Below are positions 1 to 8,775 of a stretch of 39,241 nucleotides of DNA, piece after piece. The notes below the pieces were generated by a model that saw only the letters and a list, made by a program, of their open reading frames with translations, ran no database searches and was not told the DNA's origin. The position numbers and the translations under genes are program-made. This DNA is from Pseudomonadota bacterium (GTDB lineage: Bacteria > Bdellovibrionota > FAC87 > UBA2466), in contig JAYUGC010000029.1 in NCBI GenBank assembly GCA_043767805.1, positions 1-39,241 of the forward strand, read 5' to 3'. How positions within the stretch are numbered: position 1 is the first letter of the stretch; every line of letters begins with the position of its first letter.

Positions 1-1
1 C

Positions 2-682
2 CCCAATGCCTTCGTCGCCAAAGAAGTAAAAAGGTATCCGTGGCTGCGGTGGGGCGCGAGTCTCAATCCCGCTCGCAAAGATGCGCTGACGCTGCTCGAA
101 CAAGCCAAGCGAGATGGCGCCGTCTTGGTGAAATGGATTCCCCCCATCCAGGGAATCGATCCGGCCGACACGGCGAACGTTCCCTTTTATGAAAAACTAA
201 AAGCGCTCGGGCTTCCCTTACTTTCCCACACCGGTCAGGAACGAGCGTTCACCGAGGCGAACGATAGGCTGTCTGATCCCAGACGGCTGAAATTGCCGCT
301 CTCTCTCGGCGTGACGGTCATTGCCGCCCACGCGGCGAGCACCGGAACCACGGACGGCGTCGACAACATGGATTTGCTTCTGCCCATGCTCCAGGAGTTT
401 CCGAACCTCTACGCGGATATATCCAGTCTCACCCAGCTCAATAAGCTCGGTTACTTGAGAAAATTGCTCCTCGACCGAAGGTCGCAGGGAAAATTGCTAT
501 ACGGGTCCGACTTTCCGCTCACCAATACGGCTTTGGTCTCGCCCTATTACTTCCCCCTCGATCTGACCTGGAAGATGATGCACCGGCTGGCCTCCATTCC
601 CAATCCCTTCGACCGGGACGTGGCCCTCAAACAGGCTTTGGGCGTGCCTTCGGAAGTATTTCTTTCCTCGCTCATAAAGTAG
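2..682 (+). CDS. Amidohydrolase family protein (Amidohydro_2-like), 5'-truncated by the window edge
   Basis: Frame is open from position 2; motifs LLSHTG, IAAHAA, YADISS and LLYGSDFP are typical of the family. Confidence 0.85.
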   Translation, partial: PNAFVAKEVKRYPWLRWGASLNPARKDALTLLEQAKRDGAVLVKWIPPIQGIDPADTANVPFYEKLKALGLPLLSHTGQERAFTEANDRLSDPRRLKLPLSLGVTVIAAHAASTGTTDGVDNMDLLLPMLQEFPNLYADISSLTQLNKLGYLRKLLLDRRSQGKLLYGSDFPLTNTALVSPYYFPLDLTWKMMHRLASIPNPFDRDVALKQALGVPSEVFLSSLIK

Positions 683-808
683 CGAGGTCAAGTTGCGGAA
701 GTCGGTTGGCCATGGCAAATTGGGGGCGAAAACTAGCACCGAGGGGTGGGACGTCCGGGCGGGTGCCTGGCAAAGACCGGCCCTTTTAAGCAGAACAGAG
801 ACTGATCC

Positions 809-1198
809 ATGGGAAAGAAAATTTACGTCGGTAACCTTCCGTTCTCCATGAACGATGACTCGCTCCGACAGCTCTTTACTCCCTTCGGTTCCGTCGAATC
901 GGTTCGCATCATCACCGATCGCGCGACCGGCCGGTCCAAAGGATTCGGCTTCGTGGAAATGGCGACGGACGCGGAAGCCGATTCGGCCATCAAGCAGCTA
1001 GACGGCGTCCAAAATGAAGGACGCGCTCTCAAAGTCAACGAAGCCAAGCCCATGGAAGAGCGCAGCGGTGGCGGCGGCGGTGGCGGTTACGGCGGTGGTG
1101 GTGGTGGCCGAAGCGGCGGCGGAGGAGGCGGTGGTGGCCGTGGCGGCGATCGCGGGGGACGCGGCGGCGGAGCCGGCGGGGGAGACGATTTCTACTAG
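809..1198 (+). CDS. RRM RNA-binding protein with Gly/Arg-rich tail
   Basis: RNP2 IYVGNL, RNP1 KGFGFVEM, RGG-rich C-terminus. Confidence 0.95.
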   Translation: MGKKIYVGNLPFSMNDDSLRQLFTPFGSVESVRIITDRATGRSKGFGFVEMATDAEADSAIKQLDGVQNEGRALKVNEAKPMEERSGGGGGGGYGGGGGGRSGGGGGGGGRGGDRGGRGGGAGGGDDFY

Positions 1199-1222
1199 AA
1201 TCGCCCGTTTCAGAAATTTCTA

Positions 1223-1256
1223 GACGGCCTGCACTTCCCGGCGGGCCGTTTTTTTT
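1223..1256 (+). terminator. Rho-independent terminator
   Basis: GACGGCCTGC/GCGGGCCGTT stem followed by a T run after the RRM gene. Confidence 0.7.
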
Positions 1257-1452
1257 AGTGCACCGCGGACTGAAGGCGCTTTTGGTGCTCGCCCCAACGG
1301 AACGCGCTTAGGATCTTGATCTCGGACCCAAGCCGCCGCTTCGCGAGATTCTTGGCCCGGCGCTTATCGAGCGCCCGCACCCGGATCGTCTTTTTCACTT
1401 TTTCCCGGTGATAGGTAATTACGAACAAATGATACTTTGCTGCCGTTGCCAT
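1255..1452 (-). CDS. Small basic hypothetical protein
   Basis: 65-aa ORF co-oriented downstream of the alkD-like gene, with GAGG upstream of the ATG. Confidence 0.55.
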   Translation of the reverse strand: MATAAKYHLFVITYHREKVKKTIRVRALDKRRAKNLAKRRLGSEIKILSAFRWGEHQKRLQSAVH

Positions 1453-1479
1453 GATGAATCGCCTCGAAATAAGAAAAAC

Positions 1480-2184
1480 TCAGCGCGCCATATAGGCGCG
1501 CTTTACCGCTACGGGAAAATGCTCGAGAGCATACCGTAACATCGTCCGCGGCATCACTTTCGCGTGTCGGTTTAAAAACTTTTCCGTCGCCTTCCGATCG
1601 CGCTTTCCGACCTCGCGAAGCATCCAGCCCACGGCCTTGTGAATCAGATCCTCCTCGTCGCCGAGCAATCTTTCCGCGATTTCCAAGAAGGGCTCGAAGC
1701 TCCCTTGCTTGATGTAAGCGAAAGTCGAAAGCACCGCGATACGCCGTTCCCAAAAGTTCTTGGAGCGGCTCCATCGGCCGAGCTGAGCCCGGTTTCTCTT
1801 CTCGAGATACGGGCCCACGATATAGGACGCGCTCGAATCGACGAGATCCCAGCTATTAATCCATTTCGTCGATCGACAGTAAAGGCGATAGACGTCCCGC
1901 TGAACTCTCTTGTCTCCCTTTTCGAACTTTAGGACGAGAAGGAGGAGAGCCAGCAACCTTTCTTCGTGAAAGCGGGAAGCCAGCAAGCGGCTGATGTCGG
2001 CAAGCGTGAGCAAGGTGTAATACCGGCGAGCGAGCTCGCGGCTCTGGGGCACCATGACGCCGAGAAATAGGTCCCCTTCCCCGTACTGACCCGGGCCCGA
2101 TTTGAAAAAGCGGTGCAGGGTCTTCGCCTTTTCGGGATCGGCAATTCGCCTGAGCTCCTTACGCAATGTAGCGAGCTGACTCAT
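1480..2184 (-). CDS. DNA alkylation repair protein (AlkD-like HEAT-repeat family)
   Basis: FFKSGPGQYGEGDLFLGV, NSWDLVD, WERR and DLIHKAVGWMLRE motifs. Confidence 0.92.
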   Translation of the reverse strand: MSQLATLRKELRRIADPEKAKTLHRFFKSGPGQYGEGDLFLGVMVPQSRELARRYYTLLTLADISRLLASRFHEERLLALLLLVLKFEKGDKRVQRDVYRLYCRSTKWINSWDLVDSSASYIVGPYLEKRNRAQLGRWSRSKNFWERRIAVLSTFAYIKQGSFEPFLEIAERLLGDEEDLIHKAVGWMLREVGKRDRKATEKFLNRHAKVMPRTMLRYALEHFPVAVKRAYMAR

Positions 2185-3195
2185 TTAGTAGCGGAAAACC
2201 GCGGAGGCCCAGGTAAAGCCGCTTCCGAAAGCGGCCATGGCCACGCGCATTCCGGGCTTTAGCTTTCCGGCGCGCAGCGCTTCATCCATGCCGAGAGGCA
2301 GGGTGGCGGCCGTCGTGTTGCCGAACTTGTGGATGGTGTTGAAAACCTTGTCCCAGGGAATGCTCATCTGCTGGGCCACGGCCTCGTTGATGCGAAGGTT
2401 CGCCTGATGAAAAAGGAAGAGATCGATGTCGGAGAGATCGAGCTTATTGGCCTTCAAAGCCTCGGCGAGAACTTCGGACATACGGCGCACCGCGGAGACG
2501 TAGACTTTTTTGCCATTCATCTTCGGGTAATGAAGGCCGGCTTCCATCATCGCGGCGTCCAGGCGCTCGGTGCTGCCGTTCGCGCAACCAGGCGCCATCA
2601 AGCAAAGCTCGTCGGCACTCGCGCCGTCCGCGTGCAGATGCGTCGAATAAACGTAAGCGTCTTTGCCGGCGTCTTTGACTTCCGTGCGGCTAATCACCGC
2701 GGCGCCCGCGCCGTCCCCAAAGAGCACGGTGACGTCTCTCCCGCGAGTCGACTTATCGAGCCCGACGGAATGGACTTCGGAGCCCACCAGGAGAATGTTT
2801 TGGTACATGCCGGAGCGGATGAACTGATCCGCGATGGAAAGCCCATAGAGAAAGCCGGAGCATTGCTGCCGGATATCGAGAGCGGGAACGCCCGGAAGCC
2901 CAAGCTTCGCCTGCAGGTAGCAACCCGTGCCCGGAAAATCGTGATCGGGGCTAAGCGTCGCCAGGATGATGAGATCAATTTTGGATTTATCCAGCTTCGC
3001 CGCAATAAGGGCGCGCTCGGTCGCCTTCAAGGCGAGATCCGAGTTAGTTTCTCCTTCCACCCAATGGCGTTCCTCGATGCCCGTACGCTGACGAATCCAC
3101 TCGTCGGACGTATCCATATACTGTTTGAGATCGTCGTTAGTGACGACCCGGGAGGGGACGTAGGAGCCAATCCCCGTGATGCGGCTTCTAATCAT
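2185..3195 (-). CDS. fabH: 3-oxoacyl-ACP synthase III (FabH family)
   Basis: DTSDEWIRQRTGI; catalytic Cys (QCSGF), His (HQAN) and Asn (GNT); GSGFTW. Confidence 0.93.
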   Translation of the reverse strand: MIRSRITGIGSYVPSRVVTNDDLKQYMDTSDEWIRQRTGIEERHWVEGETNSDLALKATERALIAAKLDKSKIDLIILATLSPDHDFPGTGCYLQAKLGLPGVPALDIRQQCSGFLYGLSIADQFIRSGMYQNILLVGSEVHSVGLDKSTRGRDVTVLFGDGAGAAVISRTEVKDAGKDAYVYSTHLHADGASADELCLMAPGCANGSTERLDAAMMEAGLHYPKMNGKKVYVSAVRRMSEVLAEALKANKLDLSDIDLFLFHQANLRINEAVAQQMSIPWDKVFNTIHKFGNTTAATLPLGMDEALRAGKLKPGMRVAMAAFGSGFTWASAVFRY

Positions 3196-3252
3196 GACGA
3201 GATATTAAAGCATCGTTTTGACGGGTTTCAACAGCGCCTTTAATGTGGGCGC

Positions 3253-3969
3253 ATGTGGGAAGTCATCGACAGCACCGGCGTCAAAATAGCGGCCTACCTG
3301 GCAAAACCCGTCGGAAAAGGCCCGTTCCCAGCGGTAGTGGTCCTTCAGGAGATTTTTGGCATCAACGCTCACATTCGATCCGTTGCGGAACGATTGGCCC
3401 AGGCGGGGTACCTGGCCGTAGCTCCGGCGTTGTTTCAGCGCACGGCCCCCGCCTTGGATATCGGTTACACGCCCGAGGAAATTGCCATCGGCCGCGCTCA
3501 TAAGGACAAGACGACCGGCGCGCAGATCCTTGCCGACGTGAAAGCGACCCTCGCTTTTCTGGGGAGCCGAACCGACGTGCGCGGCGAAAAATTTGGCTGC
3601 GTCGGGTTTTGTTTTGGCGGACATGTGGCCTTTCTCGCGGCGACCCTTCCCGAGATGGACGCTTCGGCGTCGTTCTATGGCGCGGGTATCGCCACCCTGA
3701 CTCCGGGAGGCGGCGCGCCCACGATTTTTCGCGCACCCGCCATTCACGGCGAGATCGAGCTCTTCTTCGGCACGAAAGACAAAAGCATTCCGCAAGATCA
3801 TGTGGATAAGATCGAAGCGGCCTTGACCGAAGCGGGGGTAAAGCACGCCATTCACCGTTATCCCGCCGGTCACGGCTTTCACTGCGATCAACGCGAGGAT
3901 TTTGACGCCGCTTCCGCCAAAGACGCATGGGCGAAAACCTTGGATCTTTTCCAGCGGCGTTTACTTTAA
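3253..3969 (+). CDS. Dienelactone hydrolase family protein
   Basis: QEIFG, nucleophile motif GFCFGG, YPAGHGF. Confidence 0.93.
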   Translation: MWEVIDSTGVKIAAYLAKPVGKGPFPAVVVLQEIFGINAHIRSVAERLAQAGYLAVAPALFQRTAPALDIGYTPEEIAIGRAHKDKTTGAQILADVKATLAFLGSRTDVRGEKFGCVGFCFGGHVAFLAATLPEMDASASFYGAGIATLTPGGGAPTIFRAPAIHGEIELFFGTKDKSIPQDHVDKIEAALTEAGVKHAIHRYPAGHGFHCDQREDFDAASAKDAWAKTLDLFQRRLL

Positions 3970-4962
3970 GCCGATGGCGTCCCGTACGCGGGACAGCGTG
4001 CGACCGGCAAGAACGCGCGCTTTGGCCGCGCCTTCCGCCAAGATCTTATCGAGGCCCGCCTTGTCGCTCATGAGTGTTTCGTAACGAAGGCGCGGCTCGG
4101 TGAACTGCCTATCGAGAGCGAGATAAAGCGCTTCCTTCGCTTCTCCCCAGCCGATTCCCGTCTGGTAGCGGGTCGCGAGCGCTTTTATTTCCTCGGGCGT
4201 CGCGAAATGCTTATACAGCAAGAAGATGTCGGACTTCTCCGGATCCTTCGGATCCGTCGGCAAAGAAGAGTCGGTCTTCATTTTCATGACGAGCTTACGC
4301 AGTTTTTTCGACTCGAGAAAAATGGGAATGGCGTTGTCGTAGCTCTTGCTCATCTTCCGGCCATCCAGACCCGGCACCACCGCTACCGATTCCTGCACCA
4401 GGGCCTCGGGCGCGCGCAAAACGTCCTTACCGTAATGGTGATTGACCTTATGAACGATGTCGCGCGCGATTTCCAAATGCTGCACTTGATCGGCGCCCAC
4501 CGGAACTTTGTGCGCGTCGTACAAGACGATGTCCGCCGCCATCAGGACGGGGTACTCGTAGAGACCGATGTTCACCCCGTGATCGGCGTCCCGCTTGTGC
4601 GCTTCGTTCTCCTGGACTCGCGCCTTGTAAGCGTGAGCGCGGTTCATGAGTCCTTTTTCGGTGAAACACGACAAGATCCACGCCAGCTCGTACGTTTCGG
4701 GAACGTCGGACTGACGATAGAAAACGGTTTTCTTCGGATCCATGCCGAGCGCGAGCCAGGTGGCAGCGACTTGATAGGTCAGATCTTTCAGCTCTTCCGC
4801 GGTCGGAGTCGAGATGAGCGCGTGGTAGTCGGCGATGAAGAGAAGGCTGTTCACGTCGGGCCGGTTCGCCAGCTCGATGGCGGGCCGAATGGCTCCGAGG
4901 TAGTTGCCGATGTGCGGAGTGCCCGTGGGCTTTACTCCCGTGAGAATCGTCGTCGCGCTCAT
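3961..4962 (-). CDS. trpS: Tryptophan--tRNA ligase
   Basis: HIGN and KMSKS class I motifs, YPVLMAADI, VPVGADQ; start placed at MSATTILTG (4962). Confidence 0.96.
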   Translation of the reverse strand: MSATTILTGVKPTGTPHIGNYLGAIRPAIELANRPDVNSLLFIADYHALISTPTAEELKDLTYQVAATWLALGMDPKKTVFYRQSDVPETYELAWILSCFTEKGLMNRAHAYKARVQENEAHKRDADHGVNIGLYEYPVLMAADIVLYDAHKVPVGADQVQHLEIARDIVHKVNHHYGKDVLRAPEALVQESVAVVPGLDGRKMSKSYDNAIPIFLESKKLRKLVMKMKTDSSLPTDPKDPEKSDIFLLYKHFATPEEIKALATRYQTGIGWGEAKEALYLALDRQFTEPRLRYETLMSDKAGLDKILAEGAAKARVLAGRTLSRVRDAIGLK

Positions 4963-5038
4963 TTCGGGGAATATAGCCGTCCGCGCGGCGGCTTGCACCC
5001 AACTTGACGGCAGCGCGCCTTCTTTGGATGGTCGTCTC

Positions 5039-5422
5039 GTGGACTGGAGCTCTCTTTTGCTAAATGCCGCCCGCGACGTGGGATGTGACGCCGTCGCCGT
5101 TTTCCTAAATCGTCCCGAGCGGAGAATCGCCGAACGGGTCGCGTTTCTAGGGGAGGCGCCGAGGCCCAGCATCCCCTTTGGGGTCACTCCCCTCGGGGAA
5201 TGCGCGGCCACGGGAGTTGCCCTTCACCGGGAAACGAAAAATACCAAAGCATTTAAGTACCATAGCCACCTCTACCTGCCGCTGCTGTCCACGGAGGGAA
5301 CCCCCTTTGGCGTGGTCTCCTTCTCGGCGGTGACACCCGATCATTTCGCGGTCCCTGAAGTGGTGACGCGAGCGCAACGCTGTGCCCAAAGTCTCACTAG
5401 AACGTGCCTGGAGAACCCCTAA
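5039..5422 (+). CDS. Stand-alone GAF-like domain protein (start uncertain)
   Basis: IPFGVTPLGECAATG and LYLPL...GVVSF...DHF pattern; divergent from trpS. Confidence 0.6.
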   Translation: MDWSSLLLNAARDVGCDAVAVFLNRPERRIAERVAFLGEAPRPSIPFGVTPLGECAATGVALHRETKNTKAFKYHSHLYLPLLSTEGTPFGVVSFSAVTPDHFAVPEVVTRAQRCAQSLTRTCLENP

Positions 5423-5505
5423 AGCGCGTTCCTTCATTGACTCGATGCATTATAGGACTATAAATGCGCGCATTGAAATTAACGTTCCCCCTTGGAGATC
5501 TAAAA

Positions 5506-6168
5506 ATGTTGCCAGTTAAACGCTCTCTCTTAGCGGCCCTTCTCGTTCTCGTAGCGGTTCCGTCTTTCGGTAAGGAAGTCATCAAACAAGCCCGCGCGAA
5601 CGACGTCGCTTCCGAATATCAGCTCAAAGACAACGGCGATTTGTTCCGCGTGGTCAATGGCCGCAAATGCCAGGTCACCAATAACGTCCTCGAGTTCAAA
5701 ATCTCGCAGCATGCGCAAGATACCGCGATGATCTATTTCATCAAGGACGAGAACACCCCGAACCTTTACGTCTTGCACAACGCGGAACGCACGGGTAACT
5801 GCCCGAAGGCGAATAAAACGCTTCGCCAGACGGACATCGACAAAAAGAACGGTGACTACCGTTACATCGTCGTTTCGAACCCCGACTCGACGTTCGCGAG
5901 CGCGGTCCTTTCCCGCAACGGCGATTTCAGCGTCTGGAGCGACACGACCCGTGAGTTCCTCATGCACAACGTCGCCGAGTTCGTGAAGCACAATCAGTTC
6001 GGCGTGCGGGGCGCCCCCTTCTCGAGCTACGTGCTCTTCGCGTTGAACGACAACGGCTACGTCCTCAAGGTCAAAGGCAGCGGCATCGCGGCGTCCAGCT
6101 TCGATTTCTCTGAGCGCTACGCCGACCTCAAGGAATTCAAGAGCAAGTACAAAATCGATCAAAATTAA
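5506..6168 (+). CDS. Secreted hypothetical protein
   Basis: GGAG RBS, N-terminal signal peptide, strong codon bias, followed by a terminator. Confidence 0.8.
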   Translation: MLPVKRSLLAALLVLVAVPSFGKEVIKQARANDVASEYQLKDNGDLFRVVNGRKCQVTNNVLEFKISQHAQDTAMIYFIKDENTPNLYVLHNAERTGNCPKANKTLRQTDIDKKNGDYRYIVVSNPDSTFASAVLSRNGDFSVWSDTTREFLMHNVAEFVKHNQFGVRGAPFSSYVLFALNDNGYVLKVKGSGIAASSFDFSERYADLKEFKSKYKIDQN

Positions 6169-6182
6169 GTTCAGTAAATTCT

Positions 6183-6221
6183 AAAAAGTCCCCCGAGTTC
6201 TCACGGTCTCGGGGGATTTTT
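6183..6221 (+). terminator. Rho-independent terminator
   Basis: AAAAAGTCCCCCGAG/CTCGGGGGATTTTT stem-loop. Confidence 0.75.
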
Positions 6222-6251
6222 GCGTTCCCCCCTTCGATCGGGGATGCCACT

Positions 6252-6370
6252 GGTTGCTGGATGCTGGTACGAGGTAGGCATTATTGATCTCATCCTCACG
6301 GCTCCCCCGTTAACGAGAAGCCTGACAGGAAAAGATCGAATAGATTTCCTCGTACCAGCATCCAGCAACC
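6252..6370. repeat. Element bounded by a perfect 23-bp inverted repeat
   Basis: GGTTGCTGGATGCTGGTACGAGG (6252-6274) and its reverse complement (6348-6370). Confidence 0.85.
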
Positions 6371-6526
6371 CGTGACCGGCCCTTTTCCCGTGTTTCGTGT
6401 TTAGGCACAAGCCCCCGCCAATCTCATGATCTCCTTCGCGAATCCGACGCGAAATGAGTGTCTAAGATTTTGACGGGTGTCAGGAAACTTACGGCTGTAA
6501 ACCCTTCCTACACGCCTGAATACCAC

Positions 6527-6542
6527 TGGCATGCACGTTGCT
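6527..6542 (+). promoter_or_regulatory. Putative sigma-54 promoter
   Basis: TGGCATGCACGTTGCT with exact GG-N10-GC spacing, about 85 bp upstream of the Gly/Cys-rich gene. Confidence 0.6.
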
Positions 6543-6625
6543 CATGTGACTCGCCGACGAGATCGCGTACCGACAGAAAAGTCGGAGAGCGAGTACGAAA
6601 TTTAATTTTGTTCATGGGGGTCCTT

Positions 6626-7132
6626 GTGACGAAAAAGATGATTCGCATTGCCTTGAGTTTAGGTTTGGTTCTTTCGACCATCGCGCCCGAAGCGGGAGCG
6701 GCGGTTTCCGTGGGCGTGCAAACCCGCAGAGTTCAAGTCGGCGTTAACGTCGGCGTTCCCGGTCCGATGCAAGTCGGGCCCCACGGCGTACCGGGAGTTC
6801 CCGGAGTGCCGATGGTGAATCCGCAGTTCGGTCCTGGCGGTCCTCGCCCGGTAGGCGTTCAAGTCCGCGTTCGCGCGGGCGGACGTTGCGGCCGGTTCGG
6901 TTGCCGGGCTCGCGTGCGAGTGCGCGGCGGTTGTGGTGGCGGCGGATGCGCGGGCCGTCCTCAGATGGGCTTTAACGGCGGTTGCGGCGGCGGAGGCTTC
7001 GGCCAATGCGGAATGCCCAGCCAGCGCAACTTCGCGGTCGTTCGCTTCGGCGGCGGTTGTGGCGGCGGCGGCGGAGGCATGGTTGCCTTCGGCGGCGGCG
7101 GCGGCGGCTGCGGCGGACGTCGTTGTTTCTAA
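6626..7132 (+). CDS. Secreted Gly/Cys/Arg-rich low-complexity protein
   Basis: GTG start after GGGGG; signal peptide ending AGA; repeated GGCGGGG; strong terminator downstream. Confidence 0.7.
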   Translation: MTKKMIRIALSLGLVLSTIAPEAGAAVSVGVQTRRVQVGVNVGVPGPMQVGPHGVPGVPGVPMVNPQFGPGGPRPVGVQVRVRAGGRCGRFGCRARVRVRGGCGGGGCAGRPQMGFNGGCGGGGFGQCGMPSQRNFAVVRFGGGCGGGGGGMVAFGGGGGGCGGRRCF

Positions 7133-7174
7133 GCGAGTTAAGAGAGACAGAGTAGAGACAGTAGTCAGCTAATA

Positions 7175-7218
7175 GAAAGGCCTATCTCCCCGCAAAGGAG
7201 ATAGGCCTTTCCTTTTTT
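7175..7218 (+). terminator. Rho-independent terminator
   Basis: GAAAGGCCTATCTCC/GGAGATAGGCCTTTC stem plus T run. Confidence 0.8.
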
Positions 7219-7296
7219 AAGCTATCAGAACGATCTTAATGAAAAGATCCTTCGGCTACGCCGCAGGATAAATCGAGTCGAAACTTTACACCCGAT

Positions 7297-8088
7297 TTAG
7301 TTCGTTCCCGTTTCTTTCAAACGGCGATCGATAATCTCTTCGAACGCGGGCGTGGGATACGCGCCCTTCAAGCTGATACCGCCGACGATGAAGCCAGGGG
7401 TTCCGGTGATGCCGAACTTCTGCGCTTCCGCCGTATCGGCCGAGATGATGTTCTTCACGCGATCGGACTCCATGTCCTTCTTCATCTTCGCCATGTCGGC
7501 GCCGGCCTTCTTCGCCATCTCGTCCAAGAACTTCTCGTCCTTCATCTCGCCCTGCTTGTCGAACACGAGATCGTGGAATGCGTAAGCCTTCTTCGGGCTC
7601 TGCATCACGATGGCCTCGAAGCGCTTAGCCGCGGGCATCGCAAAGGGATGAAACTCGAGAGGAAGGTGCTTGAAGATGATGCGGATCTTGTCGCCGTACT
7701 TCTTCTCGAGCTCCTTCACCGTCTGAAACCCACGGCGGCAATAGGGGCATTGAAAGTCGGAGTACTCGACGACCGTGACGGCCGCGTTCGGATTGCCCAT
7801 GACGGCGCGCTCGGCGGAGATCTCAGGCGTCTTGGGCGCCTTGAACTCGGCTTCCCGGGTCTGTTTCTCATCCTTCTCCGCTTGGTCGCGGCTTTCCTTC
7901 TGAGCGGCTTGATGCGCTTTCATCATCGCCTGGGTCATCTGGAAAGGATGGGCCTCGAACGCTTCCGTGAGGATGTCCGGGTTGTCCTTCAATAGCTTCT
8001 TCAACTGACTCGGAGTGGGAGAGCAGGCGACGATGAACAACGCCAGCACGGCGGCCACTACGCCAAAACTGTTTTTAGAAATTTTCAT
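7297..8088 (-). CDS. DsbA-family thioredoxin-fold lipoprotein
   Basis: Lipobox IVAC, EYSDFQCPYC active site, GITGTPGF cis-Pro loop. Confidence 0.92.
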   Translation of the reverse strand: MKISKNSFGVVAAVLALFIVACSPTPSQLKKLLKDNPDILTEAFEAHPFQMTQAMMKAHQAAQKESRDQAEKDEKQTREAEFKAPKTPEISAERAVMGNPNAAVTVVEYSDFQCPYCRRGFQTVKELEKKYGDKIRIIFKHLPLEFHPFAMPAAKRFEAIVMQSPKKAYAFHDLVFDKQGEMKDEKFLDEMAKKAGADMAKMKKDMESDRVKNIISADTAEAQKFGITGTPGFIVGGISLKGAYPTPAFEEIIDRRLKETGTN

Positions 8089-8247
8089 GATGATAGATCT
8101 CCTGAATTGGTGGGAATCCCCACTTAAAGAACCCGGTTATTTTACGCGTAACTAAACTCAAAAGGCAACGCTAGGCGTCTCACGACTCACCGTTTAAACG
8201 TTCTTTTCTTACGTATTTTCTCAGCAATCGCTCAATTTGCGGGCCCG

Positions 8248-8658
8248 ATGACCCGATATTCCCCGGTTACGAATTACCGCTACGGCAAGCTCACCTGCAA
8301 AGGTTGGCTCAAGCCCGCGGGCAACGGCTATGAAGTGTGCTTCAACTTCGGTAACAAAACCGTGTTTGCGAGCAACTTCATTCACGCCACCGAAGCGACC
8401 CAATGGTGGACGTTGATGAACCGGGAAATCAAATCGTTCGCGGCGAAGCACAAAGCCACGACGACTTTCCCCAAAGCGAAGTACAGCCACTTCCTCACTT
8501 CGCATCTGTACAACTGCTACTACCGCTTCCTCGATAAGCTTTTCGCGAAGCATACCAAGACCTACCGCACCGCGGTCGTGCGCGATCTCCGGACTTTCAA
8601 GCGCCTCGCCAGCCGCACGCCTTCGAGCTTGCGCACGAAGTTGCTCAAAGCCGCTTAA
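8248..8658 (+). CDS. Basic hypothetical protein
   Basis: 136-aa ORF with host-like codon usage, followed by a terminator. Confidence 0.7.
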   Translation: MTRYSPVTNYRYGKLTCKGWLKPAGNGYEVCFNFGNKTVFASNFIHATEATQWWTLMNREIKSFAAKHKATTTFPKAKYSHFLTSHLYNCYYRFLDKLFAKHTKTYRTAVVRDLRTFKRLASRTPSSLRTKLLKAA

Positions 8659-8671
8659 ATCGAAACGACCA

Positions 8672-8712
8672 AAAAGAGGGGCGTTGCGCGAGCACCGCCC
8701 CTCTTTGTTTTG
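8672..8712 (+). terminator. Rho-independent terminator
   Basis: AAAGAGGGGCG/CGCCCCTCTTT stem plus T-rich tail. Confidence 0.7.
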
Positions 8713-8730
8713 ACGGTAACCGACGGCGAT

Positions 8731-8774
8731 CCGTGACGTCTAAAAAGTGTGTGGACACTTTTTAGACGTCACGG
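8731..8774. repeat. REP-like perfect hairpin (20-bp stem, GTGG loop)
   Basis: CCGTGACGTCTAAAAAGTGT-GTGG-ACACTTTTTAGACGTCACGG; core related to the repeats at 13137-13267. Confidence 0.75.
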
Positions 8775-8775
8775 G

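Noticed and set aside
1066..1185. GGC/GGT repeat tract
   Set aside because: It encodes the ordinary Gly-rich tail of the RRM protein.
4963..5211. 83-aa N-terminal extension of TrpRS in the ORF track
   Set aside because: It overlaps the divergent GAF-like gene; TrpRS similarity starts at MSATTILTG.
7245..7272. GATCCTTCGGCTACGCCGCAGGAT REP-like hairpin
   Set aside because: Single partial copy in the window; a family cannot be supported.
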